A stretch of 64,000 bases of DNA from a virus (taxonomy: Duplodnaviria > Caudoviricetes). The stretch lies in IMG/VR virus record IMGVR_UViG_3300027754_000035, one strand, 5' to 3'. The position numbers and the translations under genes are program-made. A model generated the notes under the pieces. It was not told the DNA's origin, made no database searches, and worked only from the letters and a program-made list of their open reading frames with translations. Below are positions 1-9,909 of this stretch, in pieces; position 1 is the stretch's first letter, and every line of letters begins with the position of its first letter.

Positions 1-17
1 CAGCAATTATTATTTGG

Positions 18-46
18 TTGAGATCAAGAACATCGACTAATATTGT
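18..46 (+). promoter_or_regulatory. sigma70-type promoter (TTGAGA-17-TATTGT), ATG 6 nt after -10
   Basis: Read directly from the sequence upstream of the clamp loader ATG at 53. Confidence 0.55.
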
Positions 47-52
47 CAATAT

Positions 53-1012
53 ATGAGTTTTTTTGAAGAAACACCGAAAGTGGCTACCAACGATCACGGA
101 GTTTGGGCGGAAAAGTATCGTCCCGAAACTCTGGATGGATATATTTGTGACGAACGGGTTCGAGCAATCATTTCAGATTTCATCGATAGAAAGGATGTTC
201 CTGGACACTTGTTGTTTCATGGAAGTGCTGGAACTGGTAAGACCACGTTGGCAAAGATCATCACCAGAAATATTCCATGCGACGTAATGTATGTCAACGC
301 ATCCGACAATACTGGTGTTGATTTTGTTCGTGATAAGATCAAGCCGTTTGCAGCCACGATGGGTTTCAATGATTTGAAGATTGTGATTTTGGACGAATCT
401 GATTATATGTCTACAAACTCACAGGCATCACTGCGTAACTTGATGGAGACATACAGTAAGACAACACGATTTATTCTTACTTGTAATTACGTCGATAAGA
501 TCATTGCTCCGTTGTTTAGTAGGACTCAAGTGTTCAAATTGGAACCTCCCACAATGAAGGATGTTGCAATGTATATCGTTAAAATTCTTACCGCTGAGAA
601 TATCGCATATGATATGCCAACGGTGGCAACGGTGGTCAAGGAGTATTATCCAGATATTCGTAAGATCGTCAATGTCGTTCAGCAGAGTACAACCAGCGGA
701 AAGTTGGAACTGGTCAAATTGCAGAGTGCCAATGCTGATGTAAAGAACAAGATGATTTCTATTCTTAAATCTGCGAAGACCAACAAAAAAGCGTTCAACG
801 AGGTTCGACAATTGGTGAATGATGCTGGTATCAAAATGTATGAAGAACTGTATACCGAGTTATACAACAAAACGTCTGAGTATGCTAACGAGCAAGATAT
901 TGCAGTAATTATTGATATCTCGGAGAGTGTATATCAGAATGCTATGGTTGTTGATAAGGAAATTACGTTTATGGCGTGTATTGCCAAATTATTGAAGATC
1001 GTTACAAAGTAA
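53..1012 (+). CDS. Clamp loader small subunit (RFC-S / T4 gp44-like AAA+ ATPase)
   Basis: WAEKYRP motif, Walker A GSAGTGKT, Walker B ILDESD, SRT (SRC-like) motif, C-terminal DKEITFMACI. Confidence 0.93.
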   Translation: MSFFEETPKVATNDHGVWAEKYRPETLDGYICDERVRAIISDFIDRKDVPGHLLFHGSAGTGKTTLAKIITRNIPCDVMYVNASDNTGVDFVRDKIKPFAATMGFNDLKIVILDESDYMSTNSQASLRNLMETYSKTTRFILTCNYVDKIIAPLFSRTQVFKLEPPTMKDVAMYIVKILTAENIAYDMPTVATVVKEYYPDIRKIVNVVQQSTTSGKLELVKLQSANADVKNKMISILKSAKTNKKAFNEVRQLVNDAGIKMYEELYTELYNKTSEYANEQDIAVIIDISESVYQNAMVVDKEITFMACIAKLLKIVTK

Positions 1013-1046
1013 TGTTATAACAAAGTATAGTCAGATCTGGTAATAT

Positions 1047-1862
1047 TTACAAACGATTGTAATTTTGCCAGTATTTGTATATTGATTGTGCGTCACTACT
1101 CACCATGTTTTGATGCTTAATGATGTTGAGCCAAGACTCAAAACAAATAACGTCTGCTGGTGTTCCTAAACAAACATAGTTGTCTGTGGTATAGTGAGTT
1201 ACTTTCAAACCATCGTTGATCATCAAATTATAGGGAAGTGTGACATAGTATTCACCATTCACCGACAACTTTTCAGACATCAAACGTTTGAAATACTTTT
1301 TGAGTAATGCGCCGGATTTGAAATAATAGATACCGTTTGATGCTGGTTCATCATGCTTTACCTCACTAATAGGCTTTTTTTCTTGTATGTGCTTAACAAT
1401 ATCACCATCCACAGACAAGAATGCAAATGATTTGTTGTATAATTTGTGTGGGTGAAAGCCGGCGTGCGTCACCACACAGCCGTCCGAATTAGTGTCTCGG
1501 CAGTATTTCAAAAATGCATCAAAATCCCACTTTTGTGTCAAGTCACAATAACTCACAACTACTTCTTCATCGTCTGGAATTTGATCAAAAATGTGGGAAA
1601 TTGAAAATACTGGACCCAGATTGTTTGGCGGAATGGCCAATACTTTTGATTTCTTGTATTCTCCAATCACACGATCAATGCCGTGAGTAGATACATCGCT
1701 GCTCTTTACTACAAAAATAAAGTCACTATCGGCCACGGTGGGATACACATCCAAAGCATATTCCAATAACCGTTTGCCGTGTATACGAATCAGTGGTTTG
1801 ATTGGATAACCTTGTGAGGTAAATCTTTCACTGTTTCCCGATAGAGTTAAAACAATTTTCAT
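1047..1862 (-). CDS. Sugar-phosphate nucleotidyltransferase-like protein (GT-A/NTP_transferase fold)
   Basis: N-terminal LSGNSERF..GYPIKPLI (GxGxRF..KPL-like), YCD, NGEYYV, LGTP motifs. Confidence 0.75.
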   Translation of the reverse strand: MKIVLTLSGNSERFTSQGYPIKPLIRIHGKRLLEYALDVYPTVADSDFIFVVKSSDVSTHGIDRVIGEYKKSKVLAIPPNNLGPVFSISHIFDQIPDDEEVVVSYCDLTQKWDFDAFLKYCRDTNSDGCVVTHAGFHPHKLYNKSFAFLSVDGDIVKHIQEKKPISEVKHDEPASNGIYYFKSGALLKKYFKRLMSEKLSVNGEYYVTLPYNLMINDGLKVTHYTTDNYVCLGTPADVICFESWLNIIKHQNMVSSDAQSIYKYWQNYNRL

Positions 1863-2301
1863 AAAATTCTATATTATCACTTATTATACCATCAAACTGA
1901 AGAATTTCATTGATGGTGTATTGAGATAGTTCAGGCATCATTAATATGCCACGTCTATAATTAGTGGTGGTATATGGATTTACCATAATAATATTTTTGC
2001 TGGTTGCCGCAAAATCTTCTTTGGCGTGGTAAAATACGTTGAGGGTTTCAAACTGTCGCAGATGAAAAAATGCAGCATCGTTTTTGCAATGAATCCACAG
2101 TCGAGCATAGTTCGATGTTAAGAACTGTGGAACCATTTGCCATTCTGGAACATCATGACCCAGAAACAATTTATCGTTCTGTAGCCACACATCAATTTCA
2201 ACATCGTAGCCTTTATCCAATACAGATTGTATTGTGGTTGGTGAGTTTTCGTAAACTTTGTGGCGACCATTAAGGTTGCCCCGATGACTTATAAACAACA
2301 T
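1828..2301 (-). CDS. PLC-like / glycerophosphodiester phosphodiesterase-like protein
   Basis: ISHRGN, EN, GYDVEIDVW, LGHD, LWIHCKN motifs of the GDPD-like TIM barrel. Confidence 0.7.
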   Translation of the reverse strand: MLFISHRGNLNGRHKVYENSPTTIQSVLDKGYDVEIDVWLQNDKLFLGHDVPEWQMVPQFLTSNYARLWIHCKNDAAFFHLRQFETLNVFYHAKEDFAATSKNIIMVNPYTTTNYRRGILMMPELSQYTINEILQFDGIISDNIEFYENCFNSIGKQ

Positions 2302-2406
2302 ATCAATATATATTTATGTACACAAATTCAAAAACTAATAATTTCAAATAAAATAAATAGCGTTGTTGCGTCTGTGGCTAGTTATGGTAAGATCTATAAA
2401 AGAGCT

Positions 2407-2850
2407 ATGCAAACTGTTAAAACTATATTTATACGACAGCCGTTTTACCTCAAGCCTTTGTCTGCAATTAAACGAGCTATACGCAAACTATCACTGATCA
2501 AAAATACTCCGAAGTTGGAAAGAGTTGGTGACACTTGGTTTGGATTGGAGCAAGCGGTGGATGTACCGTTTAGATGGTCCCACCCGATTGCCAAATTGAA
2601 CATTCAAAATTTGAGTAAATTGACCATAAGAGTCACCGATCCGCTTGGCCGAGATTTACACATTTCCACCAAAGAAGTAATGACAACCGTCAAGTTGAAC
2701 CCTGGTGAAACGTATGATATTGTGTTGAGTGTATGTGATGCTGAGGATGTAGTGCTGCGATGCGACCCATTTAATCCCGACAGTGACACACGTTGTTTGG
2801 GAATGCAATATTTGTTTATTGCCACACAGCAATGTATGGTATTGAATTAA
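2407..2850 (+). CDS. Small beta-sandwich protein with W..E...FRWSHP / DTRxLG motifs (paralog of 4276-4701)
   Basis: Start moved to ATG 2407 because the ORF-track start at 2260 overlaps the divergent gene; motifs shared with 4276-4701. Confidence 0.6.
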   Translation: MQTVKTIFIRQPFYLKPLSAIKRAIRKLSLIKNTPKLERVGDTWFGLEQAVDVPFRWSHPIAKLNIQNLSKLTIRVTDPLGRDLHISTKEVMTTVKLNPGETYDIVLSVCDAEDVVLRCDPFNPDSDTRCLGMQYLFIATQQCMVLN

Positions 2851-2853
2851 CAC

Positions 2854-4272
2854 ATGGAAAAGCACAATCAAAATAAAATAGATTTCTTGAGAGAAAGAAT
2901 TGATTCGTTGGTATTGATATCCAAGGACAAGAATCTATTAGACAACCTAAAATCGGAAGCGGATGTTGAATTTTATTTGATTGATGACATGGATGCGTTG
3001 AATGGTATTGGTATCTACACCGAACTCATCAAAAAGATGGGAAAAACGTTTGTGTTTGTCAATAGTAGTTTTGAGGAAAACAAGTTTCTTAAATTCATTG
3101 TGAACCGCACACTCAATGTTTTTGAAAAAGAAAAGGTGTTCTGTAATATTATTGTATATTCCAAGTACGACTTTCCCCGCAAAGAATCTATCAAAAAGAT
3201 TTCTTTGATTAAATTGTTCAATCGTTCCAATATTGAATTGGATACTATTGATAGTGTGTATTATGTTGGTCAATATGGTACATCCGGTTATGCATCGGCG
3301 TGCAAAGGTTATATTGCTGAATATGTCACCAAAGGTATTCCCATCAGTTGGAATACGTTGAAGTTTGACAGCACTAAGTTAGATGTGACCAATTATGTCA
3401 ATGCATTGGCAGAAAGTGCTATTGGCCGGCCCTTATCAGGCAAGGATCAGATTACATTACATTCTACACCAGACTTGTGGCCTGAGTACATCCGAACTTA
3501 CGAATGCAGCAAATACAAGCGAGTTGTTGGATATTGTGCTTGGGAGAGTAGCAAACTACCAGACAAGTGGGTGGAGTGTATCAATTTGCTACCAGAAGTG
3601 TGGGTTCCCAGTAATTACAACAAAATTGTTTTCAAAAACTGTGGTGTTAAAAGTAAAATTCAAGTAGTGCCCCACGTTTGGTTTGACCAACAGTTGGTGG
3701 CTAAAAACAAGATTACAATCACAGACTGCTTTGGTACAGAACTCAGCAAAACCAAGTATACGTTTTATAGCATTGGCGAATTAACAGCAAGAAAAAGTAT
3801 CGAAGAATTGGTACGAGTATTTGACAAATTTAACGATTCGTATCCAAATACTCAATTGTTGCTCAAAGTACATTACAAGGATTACACCATCCAAAACATC
3901 AATTACATTGTAAACAAACTAAATGTGTTGACAAATAAGCTGGGTAAGAGTATACATTTATTGTTGATGAATTTGAACGAGCGTGAAATGTTGAGCTTAC
4001 ATGGATTCGGTGACTGCTACATCAGCCTTACCAAATCTGAAGGGTTTGGTCTGACCATCTTTGAAGCATTCAAGTTGAACAAGGAGGTTATCGCCACGGG
4101 TTATAGTGGTCATTTGGATTTCTTGGGTAACGATCATTCTGGACTTGTAAAATATAAGCTCGCCGACATCCAAGGCATGGAAACTTTCAGTATCAATTAT
4201 ACCAGTGACCAACAATGGGCTTATCCCGATTTGGATCACGCTTATACACTCATGGAACAAAAAGTAAAATAA
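2854..4272 (+). CDS. Glycosyltransferase, GT4-like (GT-B) with N-terminal extension
   Basis: GTSGYA, AWESSKLP..W, EVWVPS, RKSIEEL, GDCYISLTKSEGFGLTIFEA, WAYPDL; paralog of 49261-50226. Confidence 0.88.
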   Translation: MEKHNQNKIDFLRERIDSLVLISKDKNLLDNLKSEADVEFYLIDDMDALNGIGIYTELIKKMGKTFVFVNSSFEENKFLKFIVNRTLNVFEKEKVFCNIIVYSKYDFPRKESIKKISLIKLFNRSNIELDTIDSVYYVGQYGTSGYASACKGYIAEYVTKGIPISWNTLKFDSTKLDVTNYVNALAESAIGRPLSGKDQITLHSTPDLWPEYIRTYECSKYKRVVGYCAWESSKLPDKWVECINLLPEVWVPSNYNKIVFKNCGVKSKIQVVPHVWFDQQLVAKNKITITDCFGTELSKTKYTFYSIGELTARKSIEELVRVFDKFNDSYPNTQLLLKVHYKDYTIQNINYIVNKLNVLTNKLGKSIHLLLMNLNEREMLSLHGFGDCYISLTKSEGFGLTIFEAFKLNKEVIATGYSGHLDFLGNDHSGLVKYKLADIQGMETFSINYTSDQQWAYPDLDHAYTLMEQKVK

Positions 4273-4275
4273 TTT

Positions 4276-4701
4276 ATGGAAGATGCAATTATAATCAATC
4301 AGTCGTTTTTGAAAAGACTCAAAAACGCTTTTTCAGTGCGAGCATTCAATACATCTGGTACACTAACATTGACTGGTGTGGATTGGTACGATGTTGAAAA
4401 AGATCTCGACGGCAATAAGTTTCGTTGGTCACATCCAAAAACCAGAATTGAATTCGAAAATATTTCGGCACTCCGAATAAAGTTGTTGTGTCCAATTGGG
4501 CGTGAAGTACACATTTTTAATGATAAAATTAACTTCAAACAAAAACTTTCAACAAATAAGCCATATACGTTTGTTATCAACACTATCGGTTCTATGTATT
4601 TGAACATCGAGACCGATCCATACATGCCTGAGAATGATACACGCCAACTAGGACTCTGTTTCACTCAGGTTTGTGAACACCCAAGTCTGTCTTGCCTATA
4701 A
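4276..4701 (+). CDS. Small beta-sandwich protein (paralog of 2407-2850)
   Basis: DWYDVE..FRWSHP and PENDTRQLGL motifs. Confidence 0.6.
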   Translation: MEDAIIINQSFLKRLKNAFSVRAFNTSGTLTLTGVDWYDVEKDLDGNKFRWSHPKTRIEFENISALRIKLLCPIGREVHIFNDKINFKQKLSTNKPYTFVINTIGSMYLNIETDPYMPENDTRQLGLCFTQVCEHPSLSCL

Positions 4702-4702
4702 A

Positions 4703-5740
4703 ATGAAAAAGTTACTATATCTGTCTTGCCATTGTGTTTTGGAATATGATGAACTGCGTCTACTCAACGATCTTGGCTACGATGTTTTTACCAACGACGC
4801 ATATCATCGACCACGCACACCAGTTGTTAATCGTAGACCACCACTAGATATTCCCGATAATGAGGACTATCTCAAGAGGTTCTACGACATGTGTCACGTC
4901 AACAGCATCAACCCCGATGTCAAGCCTGAGCAATACAACAATTTGCTCACGGATGCCATGATTGACGCATTTGATGTTATTATGGTGATGCACTTACCAC
5001 GATTCATCGAACAAAACTGGGAACGTATCAAGCATAAAACGGTGATCTGGAGAACTATTGGGCAATCCACACCCGACGTAGAAGCCACAATCACACGATA
5101 TCGTGATCAGGGTCTCAAGATTGTACGCTATAGTCCCAAAGAACGTGAACTACCAAATTACGCCGGTGAGGATGTTATGATTCGTTTTGGTAAGTATGAG
5201 AGTGATTATTTACCATATGTTGGAGATCAAAACTATGTAATGACATTTGGACAGAATGTTATTGGTAGAAATGATCACTGCCGATATGATTTGATTCGTA
5301 GTGTTGCCAGAGACTATAATTTCAAACTGTTTGGTCCAGGTAACACCGACGCACCAATGAGTTATGGCGAGTTAGATTATACTACTCAACTATTGCAGTT
5401 GAGTAAAAACAAGGCATACTTGTATAGCGGCACATGGCCTGCCTCATACACACTCAATTTTATTGAGGCATGGATGAGTGGAATTCCAGTTGTAGCTTTG
5501 GGTGAAGAACTCACCAGTAAAGTTGGTAAGTTCCCATACGAAGTCAACAGTCTCATCAAGCATGGAGAAAATGGATTTTGTAGCAATAATATCAAAGAAC
5601 TCAAGGAATGTATTCGTGAAGTCATGATTGATAACACTTTGCGCAAACGCATCAGTGAAAATGGTAAAAAAGATGCCAGTGAAATTTTTGGTGCCACAAC
5701 AATTAAAGCGCAATGGAAGTCGTTTCTTGAAACTCTATGA
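4703..5740 (+). CDS. Glycosyltransferase, GT-B (GT4-like)
   Basis: YTLNFIEAWMSGIPVVA, IKHGENGF, R.RISENGKKDA..F C-terminal GT1/GT4 signature; start set at MKKLLYL. Confidence 0.82.
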   Translation: MKKLLYLSCHCVLEYDELRLLNDLGYDVFTNDAYHRPRTPVVNRRPPLDIPDNEDYLKRFYDMCHVNSINPDVKPEQYNNLLTDAMIDAFDVIMVMHLPRFIEQNWERIKHKTVIWRTIGQSTPDVEATITRYRDQGLKIVRYSPKERELPNYAGEDVMIRFGKYESDYLPYVGDQNYVMTFGQNVIGRNDHCRYDLIRSVARDYNFKLFGPGNTDAPMSYGELDYTTQLLQLSKNKAYLYSGTWPASYTLNFIEAWMSGIPVVALGEELTSKVGKFPYEVNSLIKHGENGFCSNNIKELKECIREVMIDNTLRKRISENGKKDASEIFGATTIKAQWKSFLETL

Positions 5741-6894
5741 AAATATTTTGTGATTTTCATCATAGAGATTTGGTCAACTCAATGTGTCACCTATTCGAAA
5801 AACGAATGGGTGGTGAGTTGTTTGTTCCATGGGGACTAGACTATTACAAACAAGGATATTGGGGAGTTGTGGATGCCAACAAGGATGCCGTGGCAGAGCA
5901 ATTTTTAATCAATACGTTTACAGAGACCGACAAACAAACGTTCACAGATCGTGGTGATGGAACTGTTCTGGTAAATACCAATGATGGTAAACTCCCATTC
6001 AAAGGTATAAATTTTGACGCTTTTTGTAAAACTAAGTTTGACATCATTATTGCGACCGTACCGGCTCATATCGAATTGTATATGAAGTTGCAGCGGGATC
6101 ATCAACCACAAGCCAAGTTCATTTTTGAGGCTGGTAATAATTGGGGACACATACCCACCAATGTTCCCAACTTTTTGAACTCCACAACATACACATTTAT
6201 TTCTGGAGAAGATATTCATGGGTGGACCATGCAAAGTTTGTATAAGAAATACCAAAAGAAAGACTTGTACAAAGGTCTACACAAAATCTTTCAGAATCGT
6301 AGAACTGGCAAGAAGTGCAACATGGTGTTTTTTCATCCAGAGTTTGACTTAAATATTTTTAAGAACGATAATAGCATAAAAAACATCAAGAGTATCAGCA
6401 ACTTACGTCATGGATGCAATACATTGGGTGGGTTGTATGAATTGGAACGACGACTTCCAGATTGGACCATCAAAGCATATGGTATCAACAACCGAGATGG
6501 TGAACTACAAACAGATCAGGATATTGCCAGAGTGATGAACGAGTCTGGGTTTATTTATCACGTCAAACCTGTTGGTGACGGTTATGGATACAACACACAC
6601 CAAAGCTTTGCTGTGGGATCAATTGTAATCACCGACAGTAGTCATATGTGTAGTGGTGGCAATCCAGATGAATGGTTTACATCACATCTGTTGTTGGATA
6701 TTGAAAATTATCATACTGCTCCTACATTTGTTGATTGGAGTCGTTACAATTACAATAGTATTGTTGATAGATTGAACTGGTGTGCTGATAACTATCCCAC
6801 TCTGCAACAGAACGCAATGAATAAATTCAAAGAAGTAGTGGATTTTGATGCTGAATACCAGAAGATCCGTGTATTTATTGAAAGACTGATATGA
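5737..6894 (+). CDS. Putative GT-B glycosyltransferase (paralog of 6891-7886)
   Basis: DFHH N-terminus, FFHPEFD, YHVKPVGDGYGYNTHQSFAVG donor-binding-like loop. Confidence 0.6.
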   Translation: MKIFCDFHHRDLVNSMCHLFEKRMGGELFVPWGLDYYKQGYWGVVDANKDAVAEQFLINTFTETDKQTFTDRGDGTVLVNTNDGKLPFKGINFDAFCKTKFDIIIATVPAHIELYMKLQRDHQPQAKFIFEAGNNWGHIPTNVPNFLNSTTYTFISGEDIHGWTMQSLYKKYQKKDLYKGLHKIFQNRRTGKKCNMVFFHPEFDLNIFKNDNSIKNIKSISNLRHGCNTLGGLYELERRLPDWTIKAYGINNRDGELQTDQDIARVMNESGFIYHVKPVGDGYGYNTHQSFAVGSIVITDSSHMCSGGNPDEWFTSHLLLDIENYHTAPTFVDWSRYNYNSIVDRLNWCADNYPTLQQNAMNKFKEVVDFDAEYQKIRVFIERLI

Positions 6895-7886
6895 ATGTTT
6901 TATTAGATTACCACCACCTTTCCTTGCTGCGGTCGCTTTATATACTGTTTAGAGAACGCTTTCAATTCAACGTAGACATACCATCTGGATGGGATTGGTA
7001 TTACGAGGGATCGCTGTACAGTTCATATGCTCCAGAAGTAGGTGCATACACCATATCACCCGAATTTAACAACGCATATTTTCATCGATATTTACCAGAT
7101 CTTAAACCAGGTGCATATGAAAAGTTCAAGGACAATCATTACGACATCGTGGTGTGTACACTGTTGGAAAACTATGTTGCTTGGAAAACGTTGGTACGCC
7201 AATATAACCTCAAAGCCAAAGTAATTTTTCAGATTGGTAACAATATTCCGTTGTGGTGTCAACCAACTCAGTTTGAAAACATAATGAGCAGTTCTTGGCC
7301 TTGTTATGTTAACTATCCATGCAAAAACAAGGTGTTTTATCATCAAGAATTTGACACCAAGTTGTTTAAGCAAAATGTGGACTGTAACAGAAAAAGTGTG
7401 GGTAATCTACAACATTTCATGCAGATGCCTGAGTTGTTTTACGGTTTGGAAAAAAGCATGACGGACTATACATTCCACGCACATGGTGCTGGTAATCGTG
7501 ACGGTTTTATTCCAAATGGCGAACACGAAATGAGTGATTTCATAAAAAATATAGGCTTTTTGTTTCATTGCAAAGTGGTGGACGAAGGTTATGGACATAA
7601 TATCCACAATGCTTTTGCGTGTGGAAAACCAATTATCACCGATAGCAGCCATATGGGTGTTGATTGGAATGGTTGGATCGGCAACACAGCATCATTGCTG
7701 TTTGAAGACGGCAAAACTATTATTGATGTAAATGGCAAAACTATCAAGGAAGTCGAGGGGGCGATCCGAGATATGACTGACAACTATGCGGAAGTCAGTA
7801 ATTATGTACTTAAGAAGTTTCAGACAGTCAGTGACTTTGACGATGAGTTTTTAGCTATTAAGTCGTTTTTATCAAACCTTGTATGA
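6891..7886 (+). CDS. Putative GT-B glycosyltransferase (paralog of 5737-6894)
   Basis: DYHH N-terminus, FYHQEFD, FHCKVVDEGYGHNIHNAFACGKPII. Confidence 0.62.
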   Translation: MNVLLDYHHLSLLRSLYILFRERFQFNVDIPSGWDWYYEGSLYSSYAPEVGAYTISPEFNNAYFHRYLPDLKPGAYEKFKDNHYDIVVCTLLENYVAWKTLVRQYNLKAKVIFQIGNNIPLWCQPTQFENIMSSSWPCYVNYPCKNKVFYHQEFDTKLFKQNVDCNRKSVGNLQHFMQMPELFYGLEKSMTDYTFHAHGAGNRDGFIPNGEHEMSDFIKNIGFLFHCKVVDEGYGHNIHNAFACGKPIITDSSHMGVDWNGWIGNTASLLFEDGKTIIDVNGKTIKEVEGAIRDMTDNYAEVSNYVLKKFQTVSDFDDEFLAIKSFLSNLV

Positions 7887-9016
7887 ACAACCGTGAAATA
7901 TCGCTACTATTGCCTACTACAGGCGAGCCTTTAATTCTGCACTTCTGGCTTCAAAACCTAAAGAAGTATAAACATTTGGTAAACAATGTATTTGTTGCTG
8001 TGGACTGCATGGGTAAACTCAATCCCATGGAGTTTATTTTTGTTGAAAACTATTTGCGTAGACAGCTTAGTAGAATTCCCGATCTACGTGAACACTTCAA
8101 TTATTGTTTGGGTGAGCATGGACGAAACATAGATAGTCTATTCAAAAATTATGAACCCGACATCAAAGAAAATGTGTTGTTGATGGAAGAAGACAATTTT
8201 ATCATCAATCCCCAACTGTTGGAAAAAGAAATCAACAGTTATTTTGATGATAATTACGACGTAATCGGTTGTCCCCGAGGTTCATGCACTCCTTATTTGG
8301 GAGAAATAATTCGTGAGTATGTGTGGACCAGACCCGATTTACATCTGGATACTAAACTACGTCGAGACGAAATTACTTACAATTTTTGGCCCACACTTTT
8401 GTTGACCAAGAAACAACACTTTCTCAACAGTTCCCGCAATTTTGGTTCCAAGACATGGGAGTCTGGATCATTGCTGAAATTGGGTGAATCTGAAACCGTG
8501 CTACGAGAACAATGTAATGGTGACACATTGGTACCATTTTCAATTGAACTATACCAAAAACCCGAGATCAAGAAGGTAAAACTGTTGGACAACGTTTACC
8601 ATTCACGATTGGAAGACAACGAATTTATTCCGCAAATCGTTGACACAAGCATAGACTTTCACGTTGGATCTCTATCGGGTATGTTGGTCAATCGGTTGTG
8701 GAAGCCCTTCACGGGCACATGGGACACGGATTCATATGTACCATATATTCGTAAAATTAAAAATGAACCATATGCTCGTATAGAGATTATGGAAACATAT
8801 CGTAGATTGTTGCTGTTGCAGCAAATGTTGTATACACTTAAAGATCCCAAGGAATTTGAGTTCTTCAACAATTATGAAGCCAATCTGGAACGTATTATCA
8901 ACATCTATGAAACTGAAAATGATATGCCTGCTATATTGGATTCATTTTGTATTGCTGCCTTGAAGGGTGGTATTGATGTTGACAAATATGCGATGGTTTG
9001 CAAAAAAATGTTATGA
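7883..9016 (+). CDS. Putative GT-A glycosyltransferase (unclassified ExD family)
   Basis: Hydrophobic N-terminal strand, VLLMEEDNFI (DxD-like), late His motif FHVGS; operon context. Confidence 0.55.
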   Translation: MNNREISLLLPTTGEPLILHFWLQNLKKYKHLVNNVFVAVDCMGKLNPMEFIFVENYLRRQLSRIPDLREHFNYCLGEHGRNIDSLFKNYEPDIKENVLLMEEDNFIINPQLLEKEINSYFDDNYDVIGCPRGSCTPYLGEIIREYVWTRPDLHLDTKLRRDEITYNFWPTLLLTKKQHFLNSSRNFGSKTWESGSLLKLGESETVLREQCNGDTLVPFSIELYQKPEIKKVKLLDNVYHSRLEDNEFIPQIVDTSIDFHVGSLSGMLVNRLWKPFTGTWDTDSYVPYIRKIKNEPYARIEIMETYRRLLLLQQMLYTLKDPKEFEFFNNYEANLERIINIYETENDMPAILDSFCIAALKGGIDVDKYAMVCKKML

Positions 9017-9909
9017 ATAAAGTTGACGTTGTAATCATATCCATCCCAGAGTTTGATAGTCCATTGATTCGTGATTTTATTCATCGATATCACACACGGT
9101 TCAACAAGATCTATTACGTTTTCAATTACGTTTTTGCAAGTCCATTGACAGCCAAGGAACGCTCGTTTATTGAATTTATTGAGAACGACCTCAAAGATAA
9201 ATGTGAAATATTGCATCAAGCAACTGAAGTACATGGTGTTCACGATTGGCGCAGTTTGTCTATGAGTGCTGTATTGGCCAAGAGCAACGCAGACTATATA
9301 TTTAGTATTGAACCTGATTTTGTTGGTGATTGGGACAAGATCGTGGATAAAATGTTGAATGTTGAGTATTCACTATTCACCAATTATTCTGCCGCAACAA
9401 AAATTAGCACATTTCGATTTTGGCCTAGCTTTTGGGGATGTAAGCGGAGTTTGTTGAATAAGGTTGATTGTAACTTTTCGTCGATGCCCAATGATCGTGT
9501 AAAATCATTGTATAACATCAAATACGACAAAGTTATCAAATATTCTCCGACACTTTCTTTAGCAACAGATTTGTGCGCATCTGGCGGCTACAATTTAACC
9601 AATAAAATAGTTAAAGTAGAAATAGATGTTGAGAATGCATATTACGACCATTTCGATTATGTTAGTACGCAATTGATGGATTTGATTCAAGACGATGGTA
9701 AACAATTGTTATTTTTGAATCGAATGCCGGATGTTTGGTATGAGCATATGAGTGGTATCACATATGACTTCCGAGAAGTATCAAATGGTAAATCAATGCC
9801 TAGAACAAACAACGCTTACAAACGTTTTTACGAATTATGTTTGCTTTGTACTGTCACGTTTTTTAATGAGTGGCGACAGATATCTGAAGTTATTGTCAAC
9901 ACAGTATGA
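9013..9909 (+). CDS. Putative GT-A glycosyltransferase (unclassified ExD family)
   Basis: VDVVIIS, IFSIEPDF, FWPSFWGCKR, YEHMSG; start at ATGA overlap 9013. Confidence 0.5.
   Translation: MNKVDVVIISIPEFDSPLIRDFIHRYHTRFNKIYYVFNYVFASPLTAKERSFIEFIENDLKDKCEILHQATEVHGVHDWRSLSMSAVLAKSNADYIFSIEPDFVGDWDKIVDKMLNVEYSLFTNYSAATKISTFRFWPSFWGCKRSLLNKVDCNFSSMPNDRVKSLYNIKYDKVIKYSPTLSLATDLCASGGYNLTNKIVKVEIDVENAYYDHFDYVSTQLMDLIQDDGKQLLFLNRMPDVWYEHMSGITYDFREVSNGKSMPRTNNAYKRFYELCLLCTVTFFNEWRQISEVIVNTV

Noticed and set aside
2260-2406. ORF-track N-terminal extensions (2260, 4673, 16353, 41247, 43189, 62878-63000 and similar)
   Set aside because: They overlap neighbouring genes or promoters; downstream ATGs match homology, paralog length or promoter spacing
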